DNA of 64,000 nucleotides from Sedimentisphaerales bacterium (GCA_963708075.1 OY970194.1:32001-96000), one strand, 5' to 3'; positions 9,252-20,600 are shown, numbered from the stretch's first letter. Program-made: numbers and translations. Notes: a model not told the origin generated them from the letters alone.

Positions 9252-11026
9252 ATGCGATTACGGACCACACTTGCGACACTGGCTTGCTTGTTCCTCTGCG
9301 AGACCCTTTGCCTTGGACAGGCTAAACTCGCGGATATCCCACGCCTCATCGAGGAGTCCGCGCGTCCGGGGCTGCGCATAACCGAGACGGGAGAAGAGGT
9401 TGCCAAAAGCATCCAAAGACTTGGGCCCGAGGCCATCCCGTACCTGTTGCCTCTGTTGAAACATGAGAACTGGTGTGTTCGCAGACTGACAGCTTACACT
9501 CTTGGCGGCGTGGACGGACTGCGCGATGAGCATCTGGACGCGCTGATAGAATTGAGACTCACGGGGGACGAGTGGATACTTCCTGCTATCGCCAGGGTCG
9601 GGACACCCAGAGCAATCAGGTTCCTTGTCGATGAGTTGAAAAAGGAAGAACGCAGGAATTCACACGTCTTTGCGCCAGTAGAGAGACACAGGTCGCATCT
9701 GTCTTCATACGGCAACTTGGTGAAAGAGGAGTCCCCTATCTCGTCGAGTTGATCAAGAGCGGGGCCGTCGACGGGTGGCTTTTCACCTCGATCGTCTCTG
9801 TCTTCGACCAATTGGGAGATAAGGCGGAATCCGCGATTGATCCTCTCATCGAATTCGCGGCCGACAGACGAGGGGATGTGAATGCCAGGGGGTGGGCTGT
9901 ACTGGTCCTCGGTGCGATTGACAAGAAGACGCATCGCTCCCTGCCTACTCTGTTGGCGTTGGAGAGGGACGAGCCCGAGAATTTTGGGATAGCCGTGAAT
10001 GAGGCGCTCTTGGACATGTGTGTGCCTGAGGCCGTTCCGGGCCTGCTGAAGCGTCTGGAAGCCAAGCCGGACCGATTCACCTTCTCTGCCTTTGAGAGAC
10101 TCGGAGAAAACGGCAAGACAGCGGGGCCTGCGCTTGTTCCTTATCTGTCCTCCAACGACTGGGACATAAGGATCAATGCTGCGAAGGCGATGGGTCGCAT
10201 CGGGTATAGCGAAGGGATTCCCCATCTCATCAAGCTCCTCAAGACAGAGGACGATTGGAGGCTGGTTTACGTCTCGGCGGAATCGCTGGGTCGCCTGCAC
10301 GCGGTGGAAGCCATCCAGGCGCTGACCGATGTCTCGAAAGGGCACTGGTATCGGCACGTTCGACTGGCCGCCGAAAGAGCCATTCTCGTGATCCAGGGCC
10401 AGATCACCTATGCGCCACAAGACCGAGAGGCCAAGGCCGTGCTCGTGCCCGCTGACTTTGTGGGCATCGAGATGTTTGATGAGGCCTCGCGTGAACCGAA
10501 TCTGTGGAGGAATCATCCGCCTTATGTCGATCAGCCGGATCATCTGGACAAAGAACAATTGAGGAGACTCGCGTACAAGGCACAGATAGGCTACCTTGAT
10601 CCGAACGCAGAAGGAGGGATCATGAAACCGTCTTTCAGGACAGTCGAACAGGTCCCGGAAGTCGGTATCCAGGTGGCCGACGGCTACCTGCTTGGTTCCG
10701 ACAGGGGTGAGTTCGGCGGGGAACTGGTCTTTGTCGACTCTTCCGGGAGACAGACAACTCTGTTGAGTGAGAACGTCCACGAGATTTGCGCAATGCCGTT
10801 CGGCATCGTCGCGGTCACCGGCCTATCGCACCTCGGGATGGGCGGGGGAAACCTGTTCAAAGTCTGGAAGGGGGATGATGGTGCCTGGCGGACCAGTAGG
10901 TGGAGAATCCTCCCGGACGCTCCATCGACCGCGGGTATGCTCGCCAGCGGGAATCTGTACGTCGGGTGCTACCGAGGGAGCGTGGAGGTCTCTCCATCGG
11001 GGGACATCAAAATGGCCAGAGAATAA
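9252..11026 (+). CDS. Secreted HEAT-repeat protein, split by a frameshift near 9740
   Basis: Signal peptide; HEAT-like units (AIPYLLPLLKHENWCVRR.TAYTLG; LVPYLSSNDWDIRINAAKAMG) in both ORFs 9204-9752 and 9749-11026. Confidence 0.7.
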
Positions 11027-11120
11027 GCAAGAGCGGTGAAGCTACCAGAACGCCAAAGCGCATTGACGGACACATCTCATAGTAGCAGTACTGCTCGTCC
11101 GCATGTCACGATGCCCTGGA

Positions 11121-12071
11121 TCACTCGTCGATCACGCCTTCCAGCAATCGCTCGTAGAATTCGGCGTATTTGTCCTTATCGGGCGTTTCGCGATAAGCAA
11201 TCGCGGCTCGCGGGTGCTCGTTGAGAATTCCCGTCAGCATGTAGGGGATGATATAGCCCCATTCGATCTGCTCGCGCAGGGGGAGCATGTAGTCCTGGAT
11301 GAACTTCAGAATCGGGCTGAGGTTGAACTTTGGATTCTTCAGGAAGCCCATGAGCAGCTCAAGGCAGCAGTTGCCCGGCCCGCGGCCGATGCCGAAGAGC
11401 GACGCGTCGAGGTAATTCGCGTTGTGGATGATGGCCTCGATCGTGTTGGAGAACGCAAGCTGTTGGTTGTTGTGCGCGTGGATGCCGATCTCCTTGCCCG
11501 GCACGTGCTCCTTGTACAGCTTCACGAGGTACTCGATCTGCTCACAGTAGAGGGCGCCGTAGCTGTCCACGACGTATACGCAATCGACGTTCGTCCTGGC
11601 GAGCTGGTCCAGCGCCTCGATCATCGCGAACTCGCTCTCTTTCGAGATGGCCATGATATTGACGCAGGTTTCGTAGCCAAGGTCTTTGGTTCGCTTCGCC
11701 AGATCAATCGCCTTGTCGATGTCCTTCACGTAGGTGGCGACCCGGATCATATCGACCGGGCTTTCATCGGCCGGGGCGAAGGCCTGCTCGCGGACACGAT
11801 GGGCGTCCACCATGATGCTGATCTTCATGTTGGATTCGATGCCGTCGGTGATCTCGCGGATCTTCTCGTCATCGCAGTACTTCCAGGCGCCGAACTCCTT
11901 CGTCGGGCAGAGTTCCTTGCTGCTGCGATAGCCCAGCTCCATGTAGTCGATGCCGCTCCTGGAAAGCGCCCGGTAGGCCTCGCGGACGAATTCGTCGCTG
12001 AAGCAGTGGTTGTTGATGAGGCCACCATCCCTGATCGTACAATCGAGCACCTTGATTTGCGGTCTGTACAT
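11121..12071 (-). CDS. DRE-TIM metallolyase, 4-hydroxy-2-oxovalerate aldolase-like (HMGL-like family)
   Basis: LDCTIRDGG, VDSYG, GIHAHNNQQLAF.N, G.GRGPGN. Confidence 0.85.
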   Translation of the reverse strand: MYRPQIKVLDCTIRDGGLINNHCFSDEFVREAYRALSRSGIDYMELGYRSSKELCPTKEFGAWKYCDDEKIREITDGIESNMKISIMVDAHRVREQAFAPADESPVDMIRVATYVKDIDKAIDLAKRTKDLGYETCVNIMAISKESEFAMIEALDQLARTNVDCVYVVDSYGALYCEQIEYLVKLYKEHVPGKEIGIHAHNNQQLAFSNTIEAIIHNANYLDASLFGIGRGPGNCCLELLMGFLKNPKFNLSPILKFIQDYMLPLREQIEWGYIIPYMLTGILNEHPRAAIAYRETPDKDKYAEFYERLLEGVIDE

Positions 12072-12084
12072 GGATCACCTTAAC

Positions 12085-12190
12085 ATTGATTAGGGATTAT
12101 TGATGATTGATGATTTGCCGTCATGGATTCCGGCAAGCACACTTGCCCCGTTGACACAAATCACCCATCATCCATTATCAATCATCAATC
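12085..12190. repeat. Inverted pair of degenerate heptamer (TGATGAT/TGATTAT-like) tandem arrays
   Basis: GATTATTGATGATTGATGATTTG facing CAAATCACCCATCATCCATTATCAATCATCAATC; the right arm overlaps the aroB stop. Confidence 0.55.
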
Positions 12191-13274
12191 CGAGAATCTT
12201 CTCCACAACATCGCGGCTGACTTGGACGGCATACTGGCCGTCCTCGCAGTGTACCTGCCCGATCTTATCGATCAGGACGAATCGCGGCCACTGGTCCACC
12301 GCCTTCTTGTCGTGCTTCATTACGTCAAGCAACTTGTTATCGGCCAAATTCCGAGGCAGTTTCACTGGGACCTGGAGTTTCTCAAGCATCATCCGCACCC
12401 GGTCGAGCCGGCCGGGGTCGGAGAGCCCCAGCTCGATTTCAATCAGGCCGGCGGCCACGATCCCTATGGCGACGGCCTCGCCGTGAAGAAGGGCGTAGTC
12501 GCTCGCCGCTTCTACGGCGTGCCCAATCGTATGGCCGTAGTTGAGGATTCTTCGCTTGTTCTTCTCATACGGATCTTCCTCTACGACCCGGCCTTTGATC
12601 GTGCAGTTATATCGCGCCACCTCCTCAAGGACATCGGTCTGTCGTGCGAGGATCGCATCGAGATGGCCTTCGAGGAACTCGAAATACTCGTGGCTGGCGA
12701 TCAGGCCGTGCTTGACCGATTCGACTAATCCGGCCCGATATTGCCGCTCATCCAATGTCTTGAGCACCGCCACGTCAACATAAACGGCGGCAGGGTGCCA
12801 GAACGTCCCGAACGCGTTCTTGCTGATGCTGGAATCCACGCCGGTCTTGCCGCCGATGGCGGAATCGGCCTGTGCGACGGTGGTCGTCGGCACGTGCACG
12901 ACCGGGATGCCGCGCTTGAAGATCGCGGCGGCAAAGCCGGCAATGTCACCCACCGTCCCGCCGCCCAGGGCGACCATCAGGGTATCACGGCCCAGAAAGA
13001 GTTTCTCCATCGCCTCGACGATGGCGACGGCCGTGTCGATCTTCTTGGAAACCTCGCCCGCCGGTTGGATGACGAAGTGCGGAATCCGTCTGCCGCCGAT
13101 CAATGCGGCCAGATGCCCCGCGGCGACAACGTTCTCGTCCGTGACGATGAACTTGTTCTGCTTGGCATGCGCAGCTTTGATCTGCGGCCAGACCGAAGGC
13201 AGTATGCCTGAGCCGATAACGATCCGGTACCGCCTATCGGCAGTCCCCGGAACTCTGATTTCAATTTCCTGCAT
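12168..13274 (-). CDS. aroB: 3-dehydroquinate synthase
   Basis: GE..K, ALGGGTVGD.AGF.AA.F.RG, PTT..AQ.DS.IGGKTG, KN..G.F..P, LNYGHT.GHA.E, HGEAVA.G. Confidence 0.96.
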   Translation of the reverse strand: MQEIEIRVPGTADRRYRIVIGSGILPSVWPQIKAAHAKQNKFIVTDENVVAAGHLAALIGGRRIPHFVIQPAGEVSKKIDTAVAIVEAMEKLFLGRDTLMVALGGGTVGDIAGFAAAIFKRGIPVVHVPTTTVAQADSAIGGKTGVDSSISKNAFGTFWHPAAVYVDVAVLKTLDERQYRAGLVESVKHGLIASHEYFEFLEGHLDAILARQTDVLEEVARYNCTIKGRVVEEDPYEKNKRRILNYGHTIGHAVEAASDYALLHGEAVAIGIVAAGLIEIELGLSDPGRLDRVRMMLEKLQVPVKLPRNLADNKLLDVMKHDKKAVDQWPRFVLIDKIGQVHCEDGQYAVQVSRDVVEKILGLMIDNG

Positions 13275-13346
13275 AGCCCGATTTCACAGTGTGATCTGCA
13301 GCCTGAATATGCGAACACGCCTACCCTGCAAGAGCAGAAACTATGA

Positions 13347-13375
13347 ATGGTAGCTGATTTGCCCGAAAAATGCAA
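13347..13375 (-). promoter_or_regulatory. Sigma70-type promoter of aroB
   Basis: Minus strand TTGCAT-N17-TACCAT, ~20 bp from the ISAs1 left end. Confidence 0.55.
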
Positions 13376-13394
13376 TACCGAACCGGGGGCTTCA

Positions 13395-14617
13395 TAGGGC
13401 TATCGCATCTAAATTGAGCCTTTGTAGGTGTGGTTTCGTATTCTTCTCAGAAGCAAGACACTCAGATTAGAGAGGAATACGTTCTTGATGAGCAAGTCGA
13501 TTTGGGATCATTTTGCCGCGGTTCCTGATCCTCGCGTGGAGCGGACGAAACGGCATGAATTACAGGATATTCTGGTCATTGGCGTCTGTGCCGTGATCTG
13601 CGGGGCTGAGCACTGGACGGACGTAGAGATGTTCGGCAACGTCAACGAGGAATGGTTTGGCACGTTTCTGGACCTGCCCAATGGCATTCCATCGCATGAT
13701 ACCTTTGGTCGGGTCTTTGCCGCCCTGGACCCGGATGCGTTTGAAGCGGTCATGCAGGCGTTTGTGGCGGATCTGGCCGGCAGCAGCCGGGGCAAGCACA
13801 TCGCCATCGACGGCAAGACCCTGCGAAACAGCTTTGATCGGGTCCGTGCCAAAGGCCCGTTGCACATGGTCAGTGCCTGGGTCCACGAGAACTGCGTGGC
13901 TTTCGGCCAACGGGCGGTCGATGCCAAGAGCAATGAGATCACCGCGATCCCGGAGTTGCTCAAGCTGCTCGACGTGGAGGAGGCAACCATCACGATTGAC
14001 GCCATGGGTTGTCAAAAGGAGATCGCCGAGCAGATCGTCGATCAGGGCGGCGACTATGTGCTGGCCCTCAAGGCTAACCAAGGGACTCTGTACGAGGATG
14101 CCCGGATGTACATGGAGGACGGCATCGCCCACGGGTTTGCCGGCGAGCAGGACTTCTGGGAAACCGTGGAAAAAGGCCATGGACGACTGGAAACCCGCCG
14201 GGTGTGGACTACCAGCGATGTGGGATGGCTGCAAGGGCGTCACGACTGGCCGGGTCTGGGCAGCCTCACGGCCATCGAGCGAGAGCGTCAGGTCAACGGC
14301 CAGTGCGAACGAAAGCGACACTACTTCATCAGCTCCCATCCGGGACACTGTGCCCAGCGTCTGGGGACATTGATTCGCCATCACTGGTCCGTGGAGGTCC
14401 AGTTGCACTGGTCGCTGGACGTGAGTTTCCATGAGGACGCCAGTCGAGTCCGAGTGGCCAACGCCGCCGAGAACTTCTCGCGATTGCGTCGAATCGCCCT
14501 GATGCTGCTCAAGCAGGAGAAGACGGCCAAGGGCGGCATCGCCGCCAAACGCCTCCGAGCCGGCTGGGACCGAGACTACCTGCTTAAGGTCCTTGGCATT
14601 TAGATGCGATAGCCCTG
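13395..14617 (+). mobile_element. ISAs1-family insertion sequence
   Basis: 19-bp perfect terminal inverted repeats AGGGCTATCGCATCTAAAT (13396-13414 / 14598-14616); 10-bp direct repeat GGGGGCTTCA at 13385-13394 and 14618-14627. Confidence 0.95.
13488..14603 (+). CDS. ISAs1-family transposase
   Basis: DPR...H.L.DIL...[65 protein letters not shown]. Confidence 0.96.
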   Translation: MSKSIWDHFAAVPDPRVERTKRHELQDILVIGVCAVICGAEHWTDVEMFGNVNEEWFGTFLDLPNGIPSHDTFGRVFAALDPDAFEAVMQAFVADLAGSSRGKHIAIDGKTLRNSFDRVRAKGPLHMVSAWVHENCVAFGQRAVDAKSNEITAIPELLKLLDVEEATITIDAMGCQKEIAEQIVDQGGDYVLALKANQGTLYEDARMYMEDGIAHGFAGEQDFWETVEKGHGRLETRRVWTTSDVGWLQGRHDWPGLGSLTAIERERQVNGQCERKRHYFISSHPGHCAQRLGTLIRHHWSVEVQLHWSLDVSFHEDASRVRVANAAENFSRLRRIALMLLKQEKTAKGGIAAKRLRAGWDRDYLLKVLGI

Positions 14618-14675
14618 GGGGGCTTCACGTTCCCGTGGGTGCGGTCGATATTCGATGGCGGGTTTCGGCGGCGCT

Positions 14676-14777
14676 GTAGGACGAGCGTCCTCGCTCGTCC
14701 CTGCTCGGCATATCCTTGGACCGCATCCTCGGCAACCGCCGGTGTTCACAACGGGCGAGCGGGGACGCTCGTCCTAC
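14676..14777. repeat. GTAG-type REP doublet (REPIN/BIME-like)
   Basis: GTAG-GACGAGCG-TCCT-CGCTCGTC at 14676 and an inverted copy (GTAG-GACGAGCG-TCCC-CGCTCGCC on minus) ending at 14777. Confidence 0.8.
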
Positions 14778-14798
14778 GAGGAGAAGCACTGGCTGCCA

Positions 14799-16316
14799 CG
14801 AATGGCATGAAGATAAGCGATAAGTCTTTGTGGAGCAAGGGGTTGACAAGAAGGCCTCCTGTATCTTGTTTGGGTTGGTAGTAGACAAGACAACTCAAGC
14901 AGAAAGGAGGCCATCAATGGCAAGGATAGTCTACTGGCGGGACCTTCTCAAGAACGATTTGTGGGGCCGTGTTGCTCTGTTAGGCGATGCGCTATCTACG
15001 GGTATCGTCGTGGTGCCGGAGGATTACCACTGGCGAGATCGCATCTGGAATCCCATGACGACATTCTGGACGTTTCTGATTCAGGTTCTGCACCCTGGGT
15101 CCGCGTGCCGGGAGGCGGTCGCTTTGATGCTGGCTGAGCAGGCCGATACATCCGAACGGCGTATTTCCCCCGACGCCAGCGCCTATTGTCAAGCTCGCCA
15201 GCGTGTGCCGCTGTCGGTCTTCGTAGCGGCTCTACGGAACGTCGGCCGCTGCTTTGAGGACAAGGTCCTGCCGGAGTTGCTCTGGCATGGTCGGCGGGTT
15301 CGAGTCGTTGATGGCTCCAGTTGTTCGATGCCGGATACGCCGGAACTGCAAACCGAGTTTGGCCAACCCGACGCCCAGAAGCAGGGCTGCGGGTTTCCAG
15401 TGGCCCGAATGGTGGTGCTGTTCTGCTGGGCCATGGGGGCCATCCTGGACGTTGCGATCGGGGCGTATCGCAGTTCGGAATTAACGCTTGTGGGCCAACT
15501 CTGGGGACGGCTAAAGGAACGCGACATTGTCTTGGCGGATCGGTTCTACTGTACGTACGTGGTCGTGGCCGAGTTGCTCAGGCGTGGCTGCGATGCGGTG
15601 TTTCGCCTGCACGGGGCGCGTTCCCGTACGATGGACTTTCGCAAGGGCAAATGCCTGGGTCGTCAGGATCGGCTGATGACGTGGGATCGGCCCATGATTC
15701 GACCGCGGGGTCTGTCTCGCAAGCAATGGATGTCTCTGCCGGAGCACATCACTGTTCGGGTGATTCGCTTTTGTCCCCAGATTCCCGGATTTCGAAGCCG
15801 GACGATCATGGTCGCCACGACGCTGGTGGATGCTGTGGCCTATCCGTTGGAGGAGATCGCCCGTTTGTACGGGGATCGCTGGACCGTCGAGTTGCGGTTG
15901 AGGGACGTTCAGACGACCTTGCAGATGCATATCCTTCGCGGCAAGAGTGCGGATATCATCCGCAAGGAAATCCTCATGCATCTGGTGGCGTACAATCTGA
16001 TTCGAGCTTTGATGTGGCAAGCCGCCCGGCAGCATGGACAGTTTCTGCACCGGCTGAGTTTTGCCGGCACCGTTGCACGGGTGAACGCCATAGCTCCCTA
16101 TCTCTGGTTCCACGCGAGAACACGCCGGGCCCGTGTTGTCTACTCGCTGCTGCTGGAATGGATCGCTCGTGACAAACTGCCGGACCGTCCCCACCGCATC
16201 GAACCTCGGGCCGTCAAACGCAGACCCAAGAAATACACCCGACTAAACAGACCCAGACATGAACTGCAACAGATTCTCTTGAAGGCCACCGGATGACCTT
16301 ATCTTCATGCCATTCG
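14799..16316 (+). mobile_element. IS4-family insertion sequence
   Basis: 19-bp inverted repeats CGAATGGCATGAAGATAAG (14799-14817 / 16298-16316); flanking direct repeat TGGCTGCCA (14790-14798 / 16317-16325); ends uncertain by 1 bp. Confidence 0.92.
14917..16296 (+). CDS. IS4-family transposase
   Basis: SAYCQAR.R.P, VVDGS, GFP..R, LADR.Y, Y..RW..E (YREK signature with K replaced by Q), R.EPRAVKRRPK.Y. Confidence 0.92.
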   Translation: MARIVYWRDLLKNDLWGRVALLGDALSTGIVVVPEDYHWRDRIWNPMTTFWTFLIQVLHPGSACREAVALMLAEQADTSERRISPDASAYCQARQRVPLSVFVAALRNVGRCFEDKVLPELLWHGRRVRVVDGSSCSMPDTPELQTEFGQPDAQKQGCGFPVARMVVLFCWAMGAILDVAIGAYRSSELTLVGQLWGRLKERDIVLADRFYCTYVVVAELLRRGCDAVFRLHGARSRTMDFRKGKCLGRQDRLMTWDRPMIRPRGLSRKQWMSLPEHITVRVIRFCPQIPGFRSRTIMVATTLVDAVAYPLEEIARLYGDRWTVELRLRDVQTTLQMHILRGKSADIIRKEILMHLVAYNLIRALMWQAARQHGQFLHRLSFAGTVARVNAIAPYLWFHARTRRARVVYSLLLEWIARDKLPDRPHRIEPRAVKRRPKKYTRLNRPRHELQQILLKATG

Positions 16317-16391
16317 TGGCTGCCACCGTATGCCGACCGCACTCGTTCCCGTTGCCGCTGGACGATGTGAACGCGCCGGCAGAAATCCCTG

Positions 16392-18713
16392 CTATTTACC
16401 GGGGGATGGGGGTGCTGCCTGCCAGTTGTTCGGGTCGTTGCCGTAGCGGGTCGGGTAGATACGGGTCAAGGCGAGCGCCTCACCATCGGCAGCCGTGGGC
16501 CAGGAATTGAGGCCGAACCAGTCGTACCGATAGGATACTGTATCGAAAATGACAAGTCCTTGTTCCAGTGATAGAGCAATGCCGTAGCCGAGCGATGCGA
16601 GATTGGTGTCGACCCGGAAGATTTCCACGCCGGGCGGAATGATGGAACCAAAGGCCGATTGCATTAGGTCCGGCCTGTCCGTGATCAACGCCCAGCCTTT
16701 GGCGGGTACGGTGATCGGGCCCTGCGCAGGATGCAAACTGGTGACAGAGCCGAGGCGTATTCCCGACGCTTGGACAGGGGAACTGCTGCTATTGTACAAT
16801 TCGAGGTATGCCCAGATGCGGCCGAGGGTGTCCTGGTAACGCAGGATCTCGCTGATGACGACAGGGCCAATCCACGGATATGCGTTGTCTGCGCCGGGGG
16901 TGGGGACGCTCAGGCGGATGAAATCCATCGTTCCGTCGCTCGTGATGTGCCGACCGAGCGTCTCGGTGTCATCGGCCTCTGGGAAATAGTCGAGGCACTG
17001 CTCCTGCCGCAGGCCGGTCAGCATGCCGCAATAGGCCGAGCGGAGGTACAAAGTCTCGCCCCCGCGGCTCAGCGCAAAGCGACTAAGGCATCCGGGGTCG
17101 GCAGAGTTGTCGAAATGCTTGTCCTGATAGAGCACAAGATAGCCATGCGGCTCGATGAAGGTGCCCGAGGCGATCTCATAGAGACCCGTGCCCCCAGCAT
17201 CGCTGAGACGCCAACCGCCAACATGGATTTGCCGATCCGTCATATTGTGCAGCTCGACCCAGTCATTGTTCGCGTGCGGTGACCAGGTTCGAGCCTCGTT
17301 GATGACGATAACGTCCTCGTCCAGGCGAGGCTGCGTTGGCGTTTCTATGGCAACAACGTCAGGGGGAACGATATACTCGTAGGCCCCCATGTCGATGACT
17401 CTACCCATGATCCTTGGGTAGCCGTCAAAGTCCGTCCGGAACGGGTCGGACAACATTTCCGACAGCCCGGCGTTGTAACAAGGGGAGGTCCCCATGAGTC
17501 GCAAGTTGTCATCGGCTGTTCCCGCGATGTTGTCGGGTCCATCCGCATCGATAAACTGCGGATCCCGGCCGTGGTTGGCCGCGTCGCCCCATTGTCCGGT
17601 CCAGTTCTGAACGCAGCAGTGGCGAAGGATCGGGGCGGCTGCGAACATCTGGCAGGTTCTCGCTGTCTCCTGCCTCGTCGCGATTGGCCCAGAGGATGCA
17701 GTTGAGCAGGTTGGGACCGTCCCGATCGTCACAGTAGATGGCGCCGCCCTCAAGCTCGGCGCTGTTTCCAACGAGCGTGCAGTTGAGCAGCGAGGGGAGC
17801 TCGTCCGTCCGTGTGCTGTAGATCGCGCCGCCGTTGTCATGGGCGGAGTTGCCTGTGAAGACGCAATTCACAATGGCGGCGGCATTCTCGCGGTGATAAA
17901 TCGCGCCACCGTTGGAGCGGGCGGTGTTGCCTGCAAAGAGGCAGGATACGATCCTCGGACAGCTCCCCGACCGGCTGAAGATGGCGCCGCCATTGTCGTT
18001 CGTTCGGTTCCGCTCGAATGTGCAGGCGATGATGATGGGGTGGCTCCCCTCATAGTTGGCGATAGCCCCGCCGTCATCCTTGCAGGAGTTGTTCACGAAG
18101 CGGCATTCGGTGATCACGGGACTGCTTCCCGCGAGGTTCAGGATGGCGCCGGCGTCCAGGCTGGCGGAGTTGTTCTCAAAGGTGCACCCTCGAATCGTGG
18201 GACTTGCGCCCGGCAAGCCATGACTCCGCCATCATCTCCCGAGAGGTCTCTGAAAGTGCAGTTCGCGAGGGTGGGCCGGCAGTGATAGATCTCCAGCAAG
18301 GGCTGGTTGTATTGCCCGGAGCCTTTGAAGACGCAGTCTTCGAGTGTGAAATCGTCCGTGTAAATGGTTATCTGCTCGCTATTGACGACCGTAATGCCCT
18401 TGATGGTCCCCGTTGGGCCGTCCACAAGGCGCGTGCCCCCGCAGTCCACGGTGCAGTTGGTGGGCCCATTCACGCTGCGCAGGGTGATGGTCTTGGCGCC
18501 AAGGTTGAGACTCACGTTTCCCGCTCCGGCATACGTGCCGTCGACGAGCTGGATGGTGTCGCCGGTGCCGGCGGCGTCGAGGGCCTGTTGGATCGTCGTG
18601 AAACCGCTGCCCTGGGGATCCACCGTAAGAATGGCCGTTTTCGCCGGGACCGCCCAGCCTAACGAACACACCAGAAACGCACCCACCATCAGTCTGCTAT
18701 CGCTCGCTCGCAT
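16392..18713 (-). CDS. Secreted parallel beta-helix (GGAI/FxxN repeat) protein with choice-of-anchor-like and lamin-tail domains; two frameshifts (~18215, ~17655)
   Basis: Three abutting ORFs read as one protein: signal peptide plus TIQQA.D; repeated FxxN...GGAI; DP.F...L...SPC..AG...D.DG.PR...IDMGAYE; VINE...DWVELHN and VISE...YLELYN lamin-tail motifs. Confidence 0.75.
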
Positions 18714-18945
18714 GTCTATTCCTCCTCAAGTCTGGACAGACTCTCAGCGGAAGCGGGAGCGATGCATCGGTGTGAATCCAGGTGGCGTGGGGTTCTCCCA
18801 CTTCCTACTACGTGCCATGATACGAAACATCACACTATACTGTCTTCGAGAAGAAGACGACAAATCCGTGCAAATGTTACAAAAAACAGGGGCATCTTTT
18901 GTCTCTTGCCTCGGAATCGTCCGGCGGCTATATGTGTGGGTTACC

Positions 18946-20600
18946 ATGACTTATCTGGCGGTACCTATCTCGGCAGAGGGTGTAGAGGCGGCCGGGCGGC
19001 AGATTGAAGCCGCTCTGTCGGCCGGGGCCCAGATGCTTGAACTTCGCATGGATTATCTCCAGCATCTTAGTGGGGATTCCGCGAAGAGACTGATTGCGCA
19101 GGTCAGAGAATCGAGCGGGGCCCGCGTGCCGGTGATTGCGACCTGCCGGGACCCGCGCGAGGGTGGAGCCAGACCCTATCCTGAAGAAACGCGGCTGGAA
19201 GTTCTGCTCGCGGCCCTTGAGGCGGGAGCGGATCTTGTCGATTTCGAGTTTGCCAACTTCACTCGCAAGGGAAATGCAGAGAAGGTCCGGGCAGCTCTTT
19301 CCGCCCACCCGAAGAGCCGGCTTATCCTGTCGGCACATGACTTCAAAGGCCCGTTCAGGAATATCCGCCGGCTCCACGGGGACATCGTGAAGGCCTGTCC
19401 CGAGGCCATACCCAAGCTCGTCTACATGGCCAACCACATCAACGAGTGTTTCGATGCATTCGACCTGCTCCACGAGACCAGCGGGGATCGCATCGTGCTG
19501 TGCATGGGCGCCCCGGCCTGATCAGCCGGATTCTCGCGAAGAAGTTCGACGCCTTTGTGACGTTTGCCAGCCTCGACGAGCAGGCCGCGACGGCGCCGGG
19601 ACAGTTGACCATCGCCACCCTCAAAGGGCTCTATCGGTACGACATTATCGATGCCGACACCGAGCTTTTCGGCGTGATCGGCGACCCGGTGGGCCATTCG
19701 CTCAGCCCGGCAATCCACAACGCGTGCTTTGCCAACCTGAACATGAACAAACTCTACCTGCCGCTGCACGTGCAGGGCGGGGGGGAACAACTTAATGCGT
19801 TTCTCGACGCGATCGTGGCTCGCCCGTGGCTCCATTTCCGTGGCTTCAGTGTGACGATCCCGCACAAGCACAGCCTGCTGGAATACGTGCACGAAAAGGG
19901 AGGCTTCATCGAGTCGCTCGCCGACCAGATCGGCGCTGCCAACACGCTGGTATGTGTAGCACCCCCGCCCTCGGGGGTGACGGGGATTCCCCAGCCGGGG
20001 GCGGCTGGGCTACATGGTCTTGCGGCGTACAACACCGACTACGCCGGTGCCCTGGACGCGATCACCGCCGGCATGGGCATCGAGCGCAAAAACCTGCGGG
20101 ATGTGCCCGTTGCGGTGGTCGGAGCAGGCGGCGTCTCCCGGGCCATCGTCGCAGGCCTGACCGACGCCGGGGCCAGAGTAACGATCTACAATCGCACCGT
20201 GGAACGCGCCAAGGAACTCGCCGCCGATTTCGGCTGCAAAGCCGCCGGTTTGGATGACCTGCCCCGACTTGACGCCAAGCTTCTGGTCAACTGCACAAGC
20301 ATCGGCATGCACCCCAACGTGAACGCAACGCCCGTCCCCGCCGAATCCATCAAGCCGGGCATGGTCGTCTTCGACACCATCTACAACCCTGCCGAGACCC
20401 TGCTCCTGAAACAGGCCAAAGCCAGAGGCGCCAAAACCATCGACGGCATCACCATGTTCGTCAACCAGGCCGCCGCCCAATTCAAGCTCTTCACAGGCCG
20501 TTCAGCGAGTGCGGGTCTTATGCGCAATACGATAGCGAAAGCCATGGTACTATCGGAGATAGGGAGAGAAGGTCGTTTCCCGAGGAGAGAGACATCATGA
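18946..20600 (+). CDS. aroDE: Bifunctional type I 3-dehydroquinate dehydratase / shikimate dehydrogenase (AroD-AroE), frameshift near 19512
   Basis: ELR.D, IATCR...EGG, ILS.HDF, LCMG (AroD); GVIGDPVGHSLSP.IHN, SVTIPHK, GAANT, NTD, GAGG, YNRT..RA, N.TSIGM.P, D.IYNP.ET, DG..MFV.QA (AroE). Confidence 0.92.
19956..20013. repeat. GTAG-type REP doublet inside the aroE coding region
   Basis: GTAG-CACCCCCG-CCCT-CGGGGGTG (19956-19979) and inverted GTAG-CCCAGCCG-CCCC-CGGCTGGG (minus, 19990-20013). Confidence 0.8.

Noticed and set aside
13395..16316. Composite transposon made of the two IS elements
   Set aside because: Different families, each with its own target duplication, so independent insertions
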